64,000 nt of DNA. Origin: Albugo candida (Eukaryota). Location of the stretch: positions 62,001 to 126,000 of the forward strand of contig JBDOQK010000021.1 of NCBI GenBank assembly GCA_040437565.1. The letters are read 5' to 3'. The position numbers and the translations under genes were made by a program. Within the stretch, counting starts at the first letter, position 1; each line of letters opens with the position of its first letter. Below the pieces are notes generated by a model. The model was given only the letters and a program-made list of their open reading frames with translations. It was not told the origin of the DNA and made no database searches. Shown piece after piece: positions 37,042-50,206 of the stretch.

Positions 37042-39278
37042 GGCATTACGCTTTAACATAGACTGGCGATGCGAGATAAAACAATTTGTGAGTTTAAATT
37101 GACTTTCAAAGCCATAGGCGATGGGTCTTGAATGATTTAGATGGCAGATGAGATGATCTTCTCAGCTGTGAAATGGGTATCTTCGTAGATTTTCACCTGG
37201 ACAAGTCCACGACGGTTTGCCTACCTTCGAGCGGAAGCAGAGTTCGAAACTTGGTCGGATGCGAAATTCGATCAGTAGAATTCGTGACTGCTGCCGAAAG
37301 TAGAAGTCATAAGCACTTGGTCCAGCAGCATCAGATTTCAACAGGGCTAATTTTATGTTGAAGTAGATGCGGTTTCCAACAAGCACTTTTTGATCGCCTC
37401 GCCATGCCCATGCCCTGCGACTATACACTGCTTGATCATAATGAGGCTTAGAATAAGTCTTGATTGATTTGCTTCGATGATGTACACTTGAGACTATAAC
37501 AGGAAGGACTGAATGTCAAAGTAGAAGGCAAAGACAAGAACAGCATTGATAAGTATGAAAAAAGCCGGCTATCATTAGAAACCAGGGCGTTTCGTTGGTT
37601 TCTTCAGACATTCCTTCGACCAGCGAGAGGAGACGGGTCGAGAATAAAAATATCTGCTACACAAGAATATCAGTAGTCCTCTATCAAGGCCCAACACGTG
37701 CATAGTGTGGCTTCAGGCATTGTTTATCATTGGCGTTGGTTCCATACACTCTATTCCCTTTGACAGATCTTATGACCCGGTACAGCCACGGAATGTGTTT
37801 GTCTGAGTTTGATTGCATGAATTAGAAGCTGCTGGGGCATCGAATAAAATGGTCGTACCTATCCATACGTTCCTGAGATGACACCGATCACGCTTCTGCG
37901 CTTCTTGGGCTGCAATACGAGGGCTAACTTAAAAGCGACTTCTTCCCTGAACATGCACTTCACTCATGCAGGAAGACGCTGACAAAATTGGCTATCGAGT
38001 GTTTATATATAATTGTTTCGACAACATCGATTCATATCACTCGCAATGTGATTTTCATAAGGTATGATGCCACTTGGCTCATGCTCATGATCGTGCTCTT
38101 ACTTATAGCACTATCATCAAATTCAAGCTTGTCGAAAACATACTCATTTCTTACGGCTGATGGGCCAGACGGATGAAATGGCCACCACTGTGGCATGGAG
38201 AGTGTGCTCGTATTCCTCCATCTACAAAATGACCGCGTTGAAGACCTGACGATGGTTAAAGGGATCGTCATCAGAGACGCATTCGCGCGAAGGCGTCCAT
38301 TTCAGCATTCAAGATACTTCGATACGGATAATCCGAAAGCACGAATACTGAATGTGGCATCCAACTTATCTCTACAACTCAACGCCACTTTGACAAGCTT
38401 TTTATGAATATAAATCAACTTCGTATCGTCGTCTTTGGGTTTCCTTTGAAAGGTTGAATCAGGTACTATATCGACTGATTCGTCAATAGTGCAATGTACT
38501 TTGAAAGTGACAAACTTCAACACATGAAAGCACGTCGCAAGAATCAAAATGTGCGTACACGAAGAGGGCTTTCGTTATCATACTATCAAAATCGCTTTTG
38601 TAGAATCAACAAGTTGTGGCTCTCTGTGTCAGTAATACGATTCCGCGGTAGGAATAAAAAGGGGGTTGAAAAAAATGGAGTCGTCTAGACAAGCGATTCG
38701 ATCACGAGGAAAACGTCACAAGTAGGGTTCTTCCAAAACGTTACTTCACACCGCACGACCACTAAGCCAACCAAATATATGGCCAACCAATTCAGCTTGT
38801 GGAAGACAAAACCCGGATGACAGAAAAGCTAACAGAATTGACCGCTTATATCGCAGACGAAACCTGTGATGAAGTTTCTTTGTAGTCTGTAAGAATACAC
38901 CTGCATCGACAAATGTATGGAAAATGGTAATGCTGAGGAAAGCCGGGTTTGCAAAAAGGGACGAAGGATTGACAATATCTACCGCAAGGAGACAATGATA
39001 AGTAAATGGGGCACATGCATGTCCTTGGGCAATAAAGACGCGAGACAGATGATCATTATTGCACGCCGTCCACTTTTCAGCACAGAGGTGTCTCCTCTAC
39101 TCATTTGGTCGACACAAGCGAAAAAAATGACCACGTGGGGATGAGAAACCTAGCTGAAACAAGGAGCAATAAGGTGATAATTGGACACGATGCTATTTCA
39201 GAATTCGACTCAAAAATACAAAAATATCGGAACAAGGAAACTACGTACGATGTCAAGCTACTTGGTACAACGACTCCC

Positions 39279-41009
39279 TCAAACGACACAATTTTTTGCT
39301 ACTGCCGAAATCTTCCGCTTGAGATCACCAGCTTGGCTCGTTGGAGTTGATATGCTTTTCGCCCAGGAATAAAACATGACGCCCGATACCTATAACAAAG
39401 CGAGAATTCAGCGGATGCGTAAACAACCCGTCTCGATGTAAATTGTTCACCACAATTAGCGTCGCGACGCCTCGTTTGGTATCAAAGCACTGAGATTCTT
39501 GATATGAACAGTATAAAATAGAGCTGAGCAAAAACACACAGACAGCACGAAGGCTTTGCATGATCCCAGTCGTCACCGCGCCACTTGTCTCGAGCATCAT
39601 GAAATATGTAAACCCATGAACCAATTGAGACATTGTATACGCAAACAGAGCCACTATGATACTCTACATGGTACATCTCAGCAACTAAGAAAATCAATCT
39701 AGCTTTCAAACCAACCAATGTGCTTCCATGAGACTCAGTTACAGGCTGTGTAATGAGACTATCCCATGAAGGAAGCACGAATACTATCTGATAAACTCCG
39801 ATGATTGCGACACAATTAGTCCCAATTTTCAAGCACAATTCTCGCGCCTGTGGTCGTTCAGGAAGGGTAAACATATATTCTCCCATCACTATCCACACCG
39901 AATGAAGATGTAATTGTCAACATCACAAAGAAGAAGCAAAATTATACCGTAATTGGCGCCATAAAATGCAGCTCCAACAAGCGTATTGAGACAGCCCATC
40001 AAGACCATGTGATAGTCTTGATCTATGAATTGCCAATAACAAGGGTCATCAAGTGGAAGACCACGAAGCGATAGCCATACTATCGTTTCCTGATTCTCCT
40101 AACGCGCTGTAGGCCAATCCAAACGTGACAAGTGCGATTCCGGTCCATTGTTCCTTTGTAACACAATAAGTATAAGCTCAACCCACACTGGAAATTCGTA
40201 CTTTGGAAACAATCTTTTTCAACGCGATTCGAGACATGAAAGCGGACCAACAAATGACCGATGAGTAAACGACTAGAGCGATACTGAGCACCTGAGTCAT
40301 CGTTCGAATGCAAGATACCTTGGAAAAGTCCGCTTCCAGCCATCGATAAGCCCGTGTTAGAGAAGACACACCCTGCAAAATCTAACACGACCGAAAGCAT
40401 GATGCACAGCTGTATGGGTGTCACCCGAAGGAATTGCTGCACGGCTTCAAACAACCGAATTTTGTCTCTTTGTGCTGTTCTTCGTGGTGCAAGTGCTTCA
40501 CTATTGGCATCTATGCCTATCCGACTACAAAATGTCAATACAAAATGATGAAGGTAACTTATACTCGCTGTACCGCGTTAATATGGTATCCTTGACATTT
40601 ACAGGCATTCTATTGAGCAGTAGACGAATCAGTTTGATGTTTAAATGGTGTATAAATCTGCTCTGAGCACTCTAAATGCCGCATACTTAAAGTGGCCACT
40701 CTCCACGTCGATACTTGTATCCGTATTTGCGTGAAAGATACTTGGTGTGGAAGACTTGCAATGATCAGGTTCGTTTATTTCCGGAATGAGTCCAACAAGC
40801 ATCATGCCGAGATAATTACATAGCGGTAAAAGTAAAGTCCGTTGATCTGTTATAAGGATATACGTAAGGGTTTGCTGATTGAAAGAGAGAGAGAGACCTC
40901 CTGCTCCTTGATAAAATACGAATTGGGCGGTGCAAGTGGAGAAAATGCCCGTAAACAGGAAAGTTCCTTGCACCGCAGCATGCTGAAGGCGTTGTATTGA
41001 CACGTGCAT
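39279..41009 (-). CDS. Multi-exon DMT superfamily / SLC35-like nucleotide-sugar transporter
   Basis: Exonic segments GIFSTCTAQFVFYQGAG, LDFAGCVFSNTGLSMAGSGLFQ, VYSSVICWSAFMSR, GAVTTGIMQSLRAVCVFLLSS and GVMFYSWAK, with many TM helices. Stop TGA at 39279-39281. Confidence 0.75.
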
Positions 41010-42924
41010 TACTATTAGTACTATACCGGTTTCTTATACTTTGTACGTACGCAAGCAGGGAACAGCATGATCAAATCCCTTAAATGCTCGATTTCATCCN
41101 NNNNNNNNNNNNNNNNNNNNNNNNNNNNNNNNNNNNNNNNNNNNNNNNNNNNNNNNNNNNNNNNNNNNNNNNNNNNNNNNNNNNNNNNNNNNNNNNNNNG
41201 TGGCGGTATCAAGTCCGTATTAGCAAACTCTAGCTTTTTCGCGTACGCCCTGACTGTTTCTCGATGATACTAGACCCTTTTATCTGGCTCGAGAAAACGC
41301 TTTTGTAAGGGCTCATTTATCCAATGTCCGTTCAAGCCTGATGATGAAACCAGCTGCTAGAAGAATGCATCAGATTTTTTAACAAATCTTACAGTCTTAG
41401 TGGCGATCTGGCAAAAAGTAGCGCCAACTTCTTATACTTAGCAGCACATAATGGTTGACTGGTGCTCTGGAAGCTGAGTTGCTACACAACGGATTACTTT
41501 TGAGTACCCGACTCCGGAAAGAACGCCTGACGTAATCTCAGAATTTTTCGTCAGGAGCTCTTTATCTCGCGTGTTATTGACGAATACTATTTTTTCATTG
41601 GCAGAAGAAAATATTGGTCGCTTCCAGCATCCTCAATACGTCATAACATAAAATAGAATCAAAGTCATGCAAGATTTTATGGCTGTCTCTTATTGTATTG
41701 GATTGATGTTGTTAAAATCCGATCCAGAGACTTCTGCTGATGAGACATGAGACGACGAATCAGACGTTCCTATATCAACTCGGTAGATACTGTAAAAGAG
41801 AAGAATAGAGCTAAATGTCCTCCCCGATAATGATACACATGTTATTCCATGTATCTCCCTGATGTTATAAAATTTTGAGAATTGCGCCGAATAACAACCA
41901 GCTCAAGCCATCTACTGCTAAGTTACATTAGAAAACGTTTCGCGGGTGTGCTCTCGTGGCAATTTTTTGTCAAACACACGTGACTATACGATTTACAGGA
42001 TCATTAATCTTGTGTTTTCTTTGGTGTTANNNNNNNNNNNNNNNNNNNNNNNNNNNNNNNNNNNNNNNNNNNNNNNNNNNNNNNNNNNNNNNNNNNNNNN
42101 NNNNNNNNNNNNNNNNNNNNNNNNNNNNNCCTGATGTTATAAAATTTTGAGAATTGCGCCGAATAACAACCAGCTCAAGCCATCTACTGCTAAGTTACAT
42201 TAGAAAACGTTTCGCGGGTGTGCTCTCGTGGCAATTTTTTGTCAAACACACGTGACTATACGATTTACAGGATCATTAATCTTGTGTTTTCTTTGGTGTT
42301 ATTGAGCTGCATCTCGATAGTAGATATTGACAATGCCTAGACGGAAGATTGTTCGCAGTTCTATCACCTAGCAGTTTGTATTTTATGCCTTGGTAACGAT
42401 TGTCGTCCATGCAAGTTCTTGTGACAACTATTGCTTACTTTTTTTATGGTGTGGCACCATTGTTCTTCAAGATCCAATACACACTTCCCATAATTGCGTT
42501 ACAGAGCTCTCTATGTGTGACTTCTTGAGTACTGTATGCTTGACATCATTCCAGGTACTTTCTGNNNNNNNNNNNNNNNNNNNNNNNNNNNNNNNNNNNN
42601 NNNNNNNNNNNNNNNNNNNNNNNNNNNNNNNNNNNNNNNNNNNNNNNNNNNNNNNNNNNNNNNNATCTCGATAGTAGATATTGACAATGCCTAGACGGAA
42701 GATTGTTCGCAGTTCTATCACCTAGCAGTTTGTATTTTATGCCTTGGTAACGATTGTCGTCCATGCAAGTTCTTGTGACAACTATTGCTTACTTTTTTTA
42801 TGGTGTGGCACCATTGTTCTTCAAGATCCAATACACACTTCCCATAATTGCGTTACAGAGCTCTCTATGTGTGACTTCTTGAGTACTGTATGCTTGACAT
42901 CATTCCAGGTACTTTCTGAGCTCA

Positions 42925-43010
42925 GCTGGAGGTGTCTGTATTACTAGAAATAGACTAGCTGATTTCTCTAGATGCCTAGGCTATCTTGAATAAAAAACAA
43001 TGCATATAAA
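42925..43010 (-). mobile_element. Isolated LINE 3' tail
   Basis: The reverse complement reads ...CCTAGGCATCTAGAGAAATCAGCTAGTCTATTTCTAGTAATACAGACACCTCCAGC and is followed by TGAGCT (42919-42924). Confidence 0.7.
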
Positions 43011-43094
43011 AACGGGATTATTGAAAATACATGCCAAGATAATTGAAAGATGAGATTGAAAATATACCACAAGATGAAGTAATGAAACATATAC

Positions 43095-46000
43095 CAAGGA
43101 TGTGCACTATGCGTAAGGGTGTGCACATACCTAGAGTCATAGCGAAGAAAACCATTTTTGGACGAAGATAACGAAGCATCACAATCATTCGTTCTTTAGC
43201 GGACAGATCTTGCGACTGTGAGCCGAACGAGCGTACTTCACATCTTCTCGTTTGGCGCTTTTTAAGATTCTCATTAGCTTGTTGAAATGGAATCTGCTAC
43301 TTCTTTTTCTGGAGTCTTGGACACATTTTTTGCAAGTACATCTTCCAGCACTAGTGACATTATGTCATCTACGGATCTCTTGAAAGGCTGCAAACGTCGA
43401 TAATCGACAGTAGTCGTGCAAATACGTTCCCATGTTGGGCAGTTTACCGGACTGCTCCAGTGCCAGTAGTGCATGAANNNNNNNNNNNNNNNNNNNNNNN
43501 NNNNNNNNNNNNNNNNNNNNNNNNNNNNNNNNNNNNNNNNNNNNNNNNNNNNNNNNNNNNNNNNNNNNNNNNNNNNNAATCTGCTACTTCTTTTTCTGGA
43601 GTCTTGGACACATTTTTTGCAAGTACATCTTCCAGCACTAGTGGCATTATGTCATCTACGGATCTCTTGAAAGGCTGCAAACGTCGATAATCGACAGTAG
43701 TCGTGCAAATACGTTCCCATGTTGGGCAGTTTACCGGACTGCTCCAGTGCCAGTAGTGCATGAATACAAGACGAGTCAACATCTTCGCGTAAACCACACG
43801 AGCATCGTATAACTTCATCACGAAATTAAATTGCAAACTTTCCCGGAAAACCTCCGCCTCTGGGTGGATTGCAACGATGTATCTGCAGGTCGAGCAGTTA
43901 TCAATTTCACCCCTCTTCGTAGCTAACATTGTTTTAACCACCTTGCGCGATCCATATGGAGCTAGTTATTCCAGTCCGTTCATTTTCACGCCAGGTAACA
44001 CTCGATCCCCTTCAAGCAGTCCATAATAAAAGACTGTGCATTTCCTTCATCACGCTATTTGCCGCTTCCCATTTTATTGAACGTTAAAGTGCTGGATTCT
44101 GGACATGGTGAGTAAGCTGTTAACCATCACGACGGCCAGTCTCTAGAAGTCACTCCGACACACTGCTGTCAAAGTTGACGACAGTCGCTACCGCATTCTC
44201 ATACTCCACCGCTGTCCATGAGTACGCAAATATCCAATGCCAAATCTTTCACATGTATCTCCTATTGAAATCTTATTTCAAATGCCTAAGGCAAATAACG
44301 TGTTACACGTCTGGTACCGTTGTCTGCGTACATTTCGTAAGTATCTTCGATATCTCCTATATCACCAATGCTGGAGTTGGCTGGAGGTGGGAGAGTAGCA
44401 AAATCCGATAACCAGCTCCATTTTATTTCATTCTCCGCCGATACCAGCTGCAATATTATAATTTGGATCTCGTAAATTATCATACATATAGCCTGGTTCA
44501 AGGAGAATCCTACAACAGAAGTAGGAGAATATTTTTGTCATACCGACAAAGCATATGGAGGAAAGAGCTGGGTCGATCGATCACTCTCTGGATGCATTAG
44601 GTAATAATTGGAGGGCTATTTTTTGGTTTCAATGAATAAGCTAACGTAATACAAACTTCTTTTTTTTACCTTTTATTCAACTCGCAGTACGCTCCCAAAT
44701 AACAGGTCATGAGCCCAATCGGAGATACTGTTGCCGCGGACGAGGGTAGCCACCGGTCGCGAAAGGGCTAGTGAACTACTGGAAGAGAAACGAGCAGTAA
44801 AGAATGATGAGAAGACGAAAGGGACTCAGGAGAAGATTCTTGGTCTACTGACGGTTCCAGGATAGCGCATGGAGCGCTTAAGGAGTCGCAGAAGCGACGG
44901 AATAAGGACGAGAAGATTAAGGGACGCCAGGAAAGCGTATTTGGATCATCATTGGGACAAGAAAGGGCCATGCATCGCAAGAAGCTCTGAACATGACGCC
45001 ATCTCGAGCCGTCACACCTGCGTTATAGCCGGCTACATACTTCGGCACGAGGCAACCGGGACACGTGGAAGCGGAAGAGAATGTTGAGATGGCGCAGGCG
45101 CCGCAAGTGAGGCTACCGCAACACTTTGTGCCGCCGTAAGCGTACCGCATGCCGCGTATGCAGCATCAGGTACATTCGCCAGTTGCTCAAATTGGTCATG
45201 TGCCTGACACGAGGCAGATAAGGCTTTGATTACACCCATTAGATGGTAAGGAAACTATACCTAGTATTGTAAAGGTTAGTGGTTTCCAGTCATTGGGCAA
45301 AACGTTCGTGAGATAAGTGCAGTTTGCGGACCGTGCGTGTGGGTTCTGTGGTCAGAGAATGTGAAGGTCGATGTACTCGGGGCATAATTTGAAAGGAATG
45401 GCCCGAGAGGTACTACAACCAACAAGTGGAAGTCTGGTGGGAGGAGGAGCAGGCGCTCAAGTATGCGGTGCAGCGGCTGCTCCACACGTTTAACATCAAT
45501 ATTACCCATGCCCAGAGTTTGAAAATGTTCACTGCAGCGAAGAGCGCCAAGAAAAGCTGGACAGCACTACCTATATCTGGAAGCGGTCAGCGGGGCGTGT
45601 GGAGGTGCCGATAGTCTCGTTCTGGACAATACTGTGCACTACGCAGGCCTGGCAATGCGAGTGACGATGCTTTCAAGGCTAAATTTAGCTCGTAATGACT
45701 ACTTGTGGCACGCTGAACAGTTGGCGCACTTTGCCCAGTCAACCTAGATTGACCTATAAGGAAGCAATTCGGGAAGGACTAGGTCAACGTGGTACATTCG
45801 AAAGGAAAGATCCAAGAAAGTGTTTTAAGTGCGGAAGAATGGGCATGTGGAAGACAGATGCCTGAGGAGATTGATCAAAACGATCAGAAGATGACTTTGC
45901 TAGCAGTGAAGGACAAGAATTTCGGCCTAGGATACGGGATACTAGACAGTGGATCAAGTCGTCACTTGGTGAATGATTTAAGACTTTTGGATAATGTCGA

Positions 46001-49000
46001 GGACTACACTAGCGAGTGTTTGGCCGCAGACGGAGGAACTCTACATATCACGAAGCGTTGAACGGCTATCAAAACAACATCAGAGATAGGCAAAGCCACA
46101 AGGGTTCAACTTCCAAACGCACAGTATGCTGCGCATCTTGAGAGAAGGATCGTTTCGTACGGTTTGTTGGACGCAAAAGGATACGCCATTTCGTATCGCT
46201 AAAACCAACTCGGAATAAATGGTTGGTGTAGCAATATTCTGATTGTTCGTGTACAAGATTACTTTGCGTGCAGGTGATGTACTGTATTGATGTCGGTGCT
46301 GACCCAAAACGAGTTTCAAGTTGACCAGGATGTACAAAAAGGATCCCTCACGCATTTACATCGGCGTTTGGAACACCTCCACTATGACATGATTATCAGT
46401 ATGGCGAAGGACCCAGCGTCAGATGTTCTGCTAGCAGACGAGGTGCGTTCGAACTGTTTCACCTTAGCGCAAGGAAAACAGACGAAGAACAACCAATCAA
46501 GGGATACGGAAGAAATTCACCGATAGACTTGATTGGAGGAGTAATATGCTAGGATTTGAAATGACCCATGACTCCACGAGATGTACTGGGAAATCACTAT
46601 ATGGTAAACTTTATCGACCTTCGCACAAAGCATTGCAGGGTATTCATAGCCAAGACTAACGACATCGCGGCCCATAACTTTAAGCATTTATATGGCCTTT
46701 TTAGCGTCAGTTTAACTGTCGGGTTCATGTGCTGAAGACCGATGGAGGATGCTAATACCGGACGCTGGACCTATTTTGCAAGGAAAAAGGAATCGCGCGA
46801 CAAGTTCGTGAGCCACGAAATCAGGAAAGCAATGGTAAAGCAGAAAGGAAACACCGCACCATTATAAATATGGTGCGTAGCATGGTGCATGCCTGTGCAC
46901 TTCCATTAAGCTTCTGGAGAGATGCCGCGGAATACGCGGCTTACACTCTAATCAGGAGCACAAGCAAGGAGAATGAAGGAAGGCGATCTCCATTAGGACT
47001 TGACAATATTTGAGTGATATTGTTGTGTTTTGATCAGCATGCACGGTGCATTGTGACGCAAGAACCAAATTTGTAGGAGAGCGAGGAATGGCTGGTGTGA
47101 TTATTGGAAAAAGTGATGAATTCAAGGGATACGGTTTTTTTTCTCGGGACAAAACTATCGTTATGACGCAGCACGTCAGAAATGTAGAGACACTAAAAAG
47201 GAACAGAACGCTCAGCTAATGGAGAAGAAGATGAATGGTCGCGGAAATAAGAAGGTGTGGAGGCGTGAATGACATCGAACAAGGTCAATGGGACGCAAAG
47301 ACTCTGTAGCCACTGTGGCAAAGATCAGTGCCAGGTTCGAGGAGACAGAGGTCGTGGTTAATAGTGTGCGAGAGCCAGACCCTCGGAACTATGGCGAATC
47401 CATCCGATGTGAGCTCAAGGATGAATAGGTGATCGCGATGACGAATGAGCTCGATGCACTGCAGGATAATGGAGTCTGGGTGGTGAAAGTACCACCATAT
47501 AAGAGTCACGTGTTGCACACCAAGTGGGTCTACAAGACGGATGCCAATGGGACCATCGAACGTTTATAGGCACGTTTGGTTTCTGGGGCAATGAACAAGT
47601 TAATGGAGTTGATTACGGCCTTACATTTTCCCCAGTGATGGAACTAAGTACGGTGAAGGTGATTCTGGTGCATGCATTGCGTTGCGGTGTGGCCTCTAGG
47701 CATGGAGACATTCTCAACGCATACTTAAACGCGGATAAGGAGAAGCACCTAGAGATATTCCTGGCGATCTCGCAAGGCATAAAAATAAAAAAAAACGTGC
47801 TCAAGCAACATGGTGTGGATACAAAGGACAAGCTGGTATTGAAGCTCAAGAAGTCACTGTACGGGTTGAAGCAAGCCGGTCGTTTGTGGAGCGAGCTGCT
47901 GCATGCAAAGCTAGTGGCTGTTGGTTTTATTCGCTGCCTTACCGATATACGTTTAAAAACAACAATCATCGGCGTCTATGTTGACGACTTGCTGGTGACG
48001 GCGTCTAAGGCGATACTGGTAAGCGATTTTTTGGATAAATGGGAACATCTATTAAAGTGATTTTGAACGAAGACATATATTTACTAGATCAAGAATCGGC
48101 GATAATGGAGTTCCTTGAACACGGGCTGACGAACGCGAATAGAGCACGCTTGCGATTGGAGACGAGAACAACGACACAGAGGATAATCCGGTCTTCTCAT
48201 CTGCTCAAGCGATCACAAAAAATGAGCCAACATTACACGATTTCCAGAAGCTTGTGAAAAGTTTCGTATGGCTTGCGCTCTGAACGAGGCTTGATTTCAC
48301 CTTTGCAGTGCACAAGGCAACGCGACGTACTTATAGATCCACGGTTAATGACTGGACAGTGTCTAAAAGGGATGCACGATACCTGAATAAGAACACAGAA
48401 AGTGTTTCAATTGCAAGTTGGAGCGACTCCGATTTTGCTGCCGATAAGACGGAATGGAAGTCCGGTATTGGAGGAGAAGTTACCTTGGATGGAGCATCCG
48501 TGCTGTGGGTTTGTAAGAAGCAAACTGGAGTGTCTCTCTCTACCACGGATGCCGAGTTCACGTCAGCCTCTCGCATGGGATGCGAAACTACTGGAAATGA
48601 GGGAGCTACTCCGAGAGGTTGCAATTAAGGTGGTGGAGCCAATGTCTATGTTTATGGAAAACCGGGCAGCTATCCGGCCAAATTGAGATGGAAGACAGCA
48701 TGTCTAGCGCGAAGAAAGTCGATTTGCGTCTGAATTTCATCTGCGACATATTAAAAAGAGACATTATGAGATCAGAGTATGTCGAGTCACGGTTGATGAT
48801 AGCCGAAATTTTGACAAAGTCGTTACCGGCGCCAAGATTGGCGGAGCTGAGGGAGAGCTTCAACTTGAGTTAAAATAAAGAGTCGGCGACAGTGAGAGCA
48901 GATAGAGCGTGAGACGACCAAGGAGGAGTATGACAATATATTTCTCATACCGACGATGCATATGGAGGAAGAGACGGTCGATCGACCACTCTCTGGGTGT

Positions 49001-49764
49001 ATTAGGTAATCAATGGATTGCTATTTTAGGGATCAAGGATAAGCTAGCGCAATACAAACTTCCTTTTTTATATTCAACTCGCAGTACGCTACTAAAATAA
49101 GAAGAAGTCCTCAAATATGAGCGATCTAAAAATACATTCTAAAACACATGCTCGATGTATGGCGTATATGCCTGTAGCCTTTCTCGGAGAATGATACTCG
49201 ACCGAATAAAATCTTTATTTACGATATCAAGCTTGTCTTCAAGCCTCGAATATTAGCTAAGAAATGCATTATTGATATCAGTTCCAAAAAACTCGAGCCT
49301 AAACATATTGAGAGCGTGAGAATAGTTCATACAGACAGCGGAAATCCCTTCGTTCTTCATCCTCATTTACATCATCACTGGAGTCATTATTCCTGCCGAC
49401 ATCATGGCCATTTCTCTGGCGTAGGATTTACAGCCATTTGTTTCGCTGTTGCATAAATGCGAGGCGCCTTTGACGTTTTGGTACATGAAAGGATTGCAAA
49501 GCAACCTTGGTGGAGGAATCAATCTCTGTGAATAAGCAAACTGCATCAGGAAGTTGCAGACGTACAGTATGCATACTGCTTCATACCACACGAAACGGAT
49601 GGTTCTAGTTTTGGTTAAAACCGATCACTGCTTGAATGATATCGCTTTTATTACCGTAACACCTCGTTGAAGAAGCTTCGAGCTGGCGTTGCTCGTGTTC
49701 GCTTCATGTCGCAGGGGCTGAAATTATGCAATGTGTACACTCATACGTATAGTACACATCCCTG
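43095..49764 (-). mobile_element. Decayed hAT-like DNA transposon interrupted by a Copia element
   Basis: Imperfect ~34-bp TIRs CAAGGATGTGCACTATGCGTAAGGGTGTGCACAT / ATGTGTACACTCATACGTATAGTACACATCCCTG with a CAGGG-type end. Broken minus-strand frames at 49367-49591 (Cys/His, BED-like) and 43274-43941. TSD not verifiable. Confidence 0.45.
44522..49102 (+). mobile_element. Ty1/Copia LTR retrotransposon, full length, decayed
   Basis: LTRs at 44522-44704 and 48929-49102, 5-bp TSD AGAAG, PBS GGTCATGAGCCCA, PPT AAGGAGGAG. Protease ILDSGSSRHL, integrase remnants, RT KSLYGLKQAGRLW and YVDDLL, RNase H WSDSDFAAD. Confidence 0.92.
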
Positions 49765-50035
49765 TTTTTTTTTATTGTGCAAGTCTTTACTCTTGTGGTT
49801 GTCAAGGATTTTATTACACTGTTTATCTGGTTTTTAACTACCTACCTTATCCTATGATGAGCCCCTGACCGTGTGAATATCACTTCAGTCTGACTTCAAA
49901 CCTAGGGAGGCAGATATTTTCCAGACTTATTGCTTGGGTGGACTCAAACCACTGCCCACACTGCGGGGATCGAACTCACGACCTCCAGCAACAGGTCCGT
50001 GCGCTCAAGTGCTTAACCGACTGAGCTGGGTGCGG
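49765..50035 (-). mobile_element. tRNA-derived SINE family A (tRNA-Lys-like head, A-rich tail)
   Basis: On the minus strand: A-box AGCTCAGTCGG, B-box GAGTTCGATCC, a ~190-bp body and tail AATAAAAAAAAA. Second copy at 50307-50545. Confidence 0.8.
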
Positions 50036-50206
50036 TCACCCCGTCAGGGGGCCTAGCGGATAGTACACATGTGTTCCGACCGTGTGTACCCCGGTTCGAA
50101 TCCCGGCGGTGGCAAAAGGGCTGCGATGGGGCCCTTCGGTGGAGGCAAAGATTCCTCCACGTAAATATCAACCTACCCAATGAAGATATGGACGTGTCAA
50201 GACCGC
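50036..50206 (+). mobile_element. SINE family B copy 2 (runs into the gap)
   Basis: Closely similar to 15137-15307, with a perfect B-box GGTTCGAATCC at 50093. Confidence 0.85.

Noticed and set aside
38195-38407. Plus-strand ORF with chaperonin/Fab1-like wording (VKGIVIRD...NPKARIL)
   Set aside because: It is short and isolated. The 37.1-38.7 kb region may instead hold a spliced minus-strand gene that I could not resolve.
44990-45430. Possible captured host fragment inside Copia-1 gag
   Set aside because: The plus strand from ~45225 reads as decayed gag (GKE...FVR..FADRACG..WSENVKVDVLG), comparable to Copia-2 gag.
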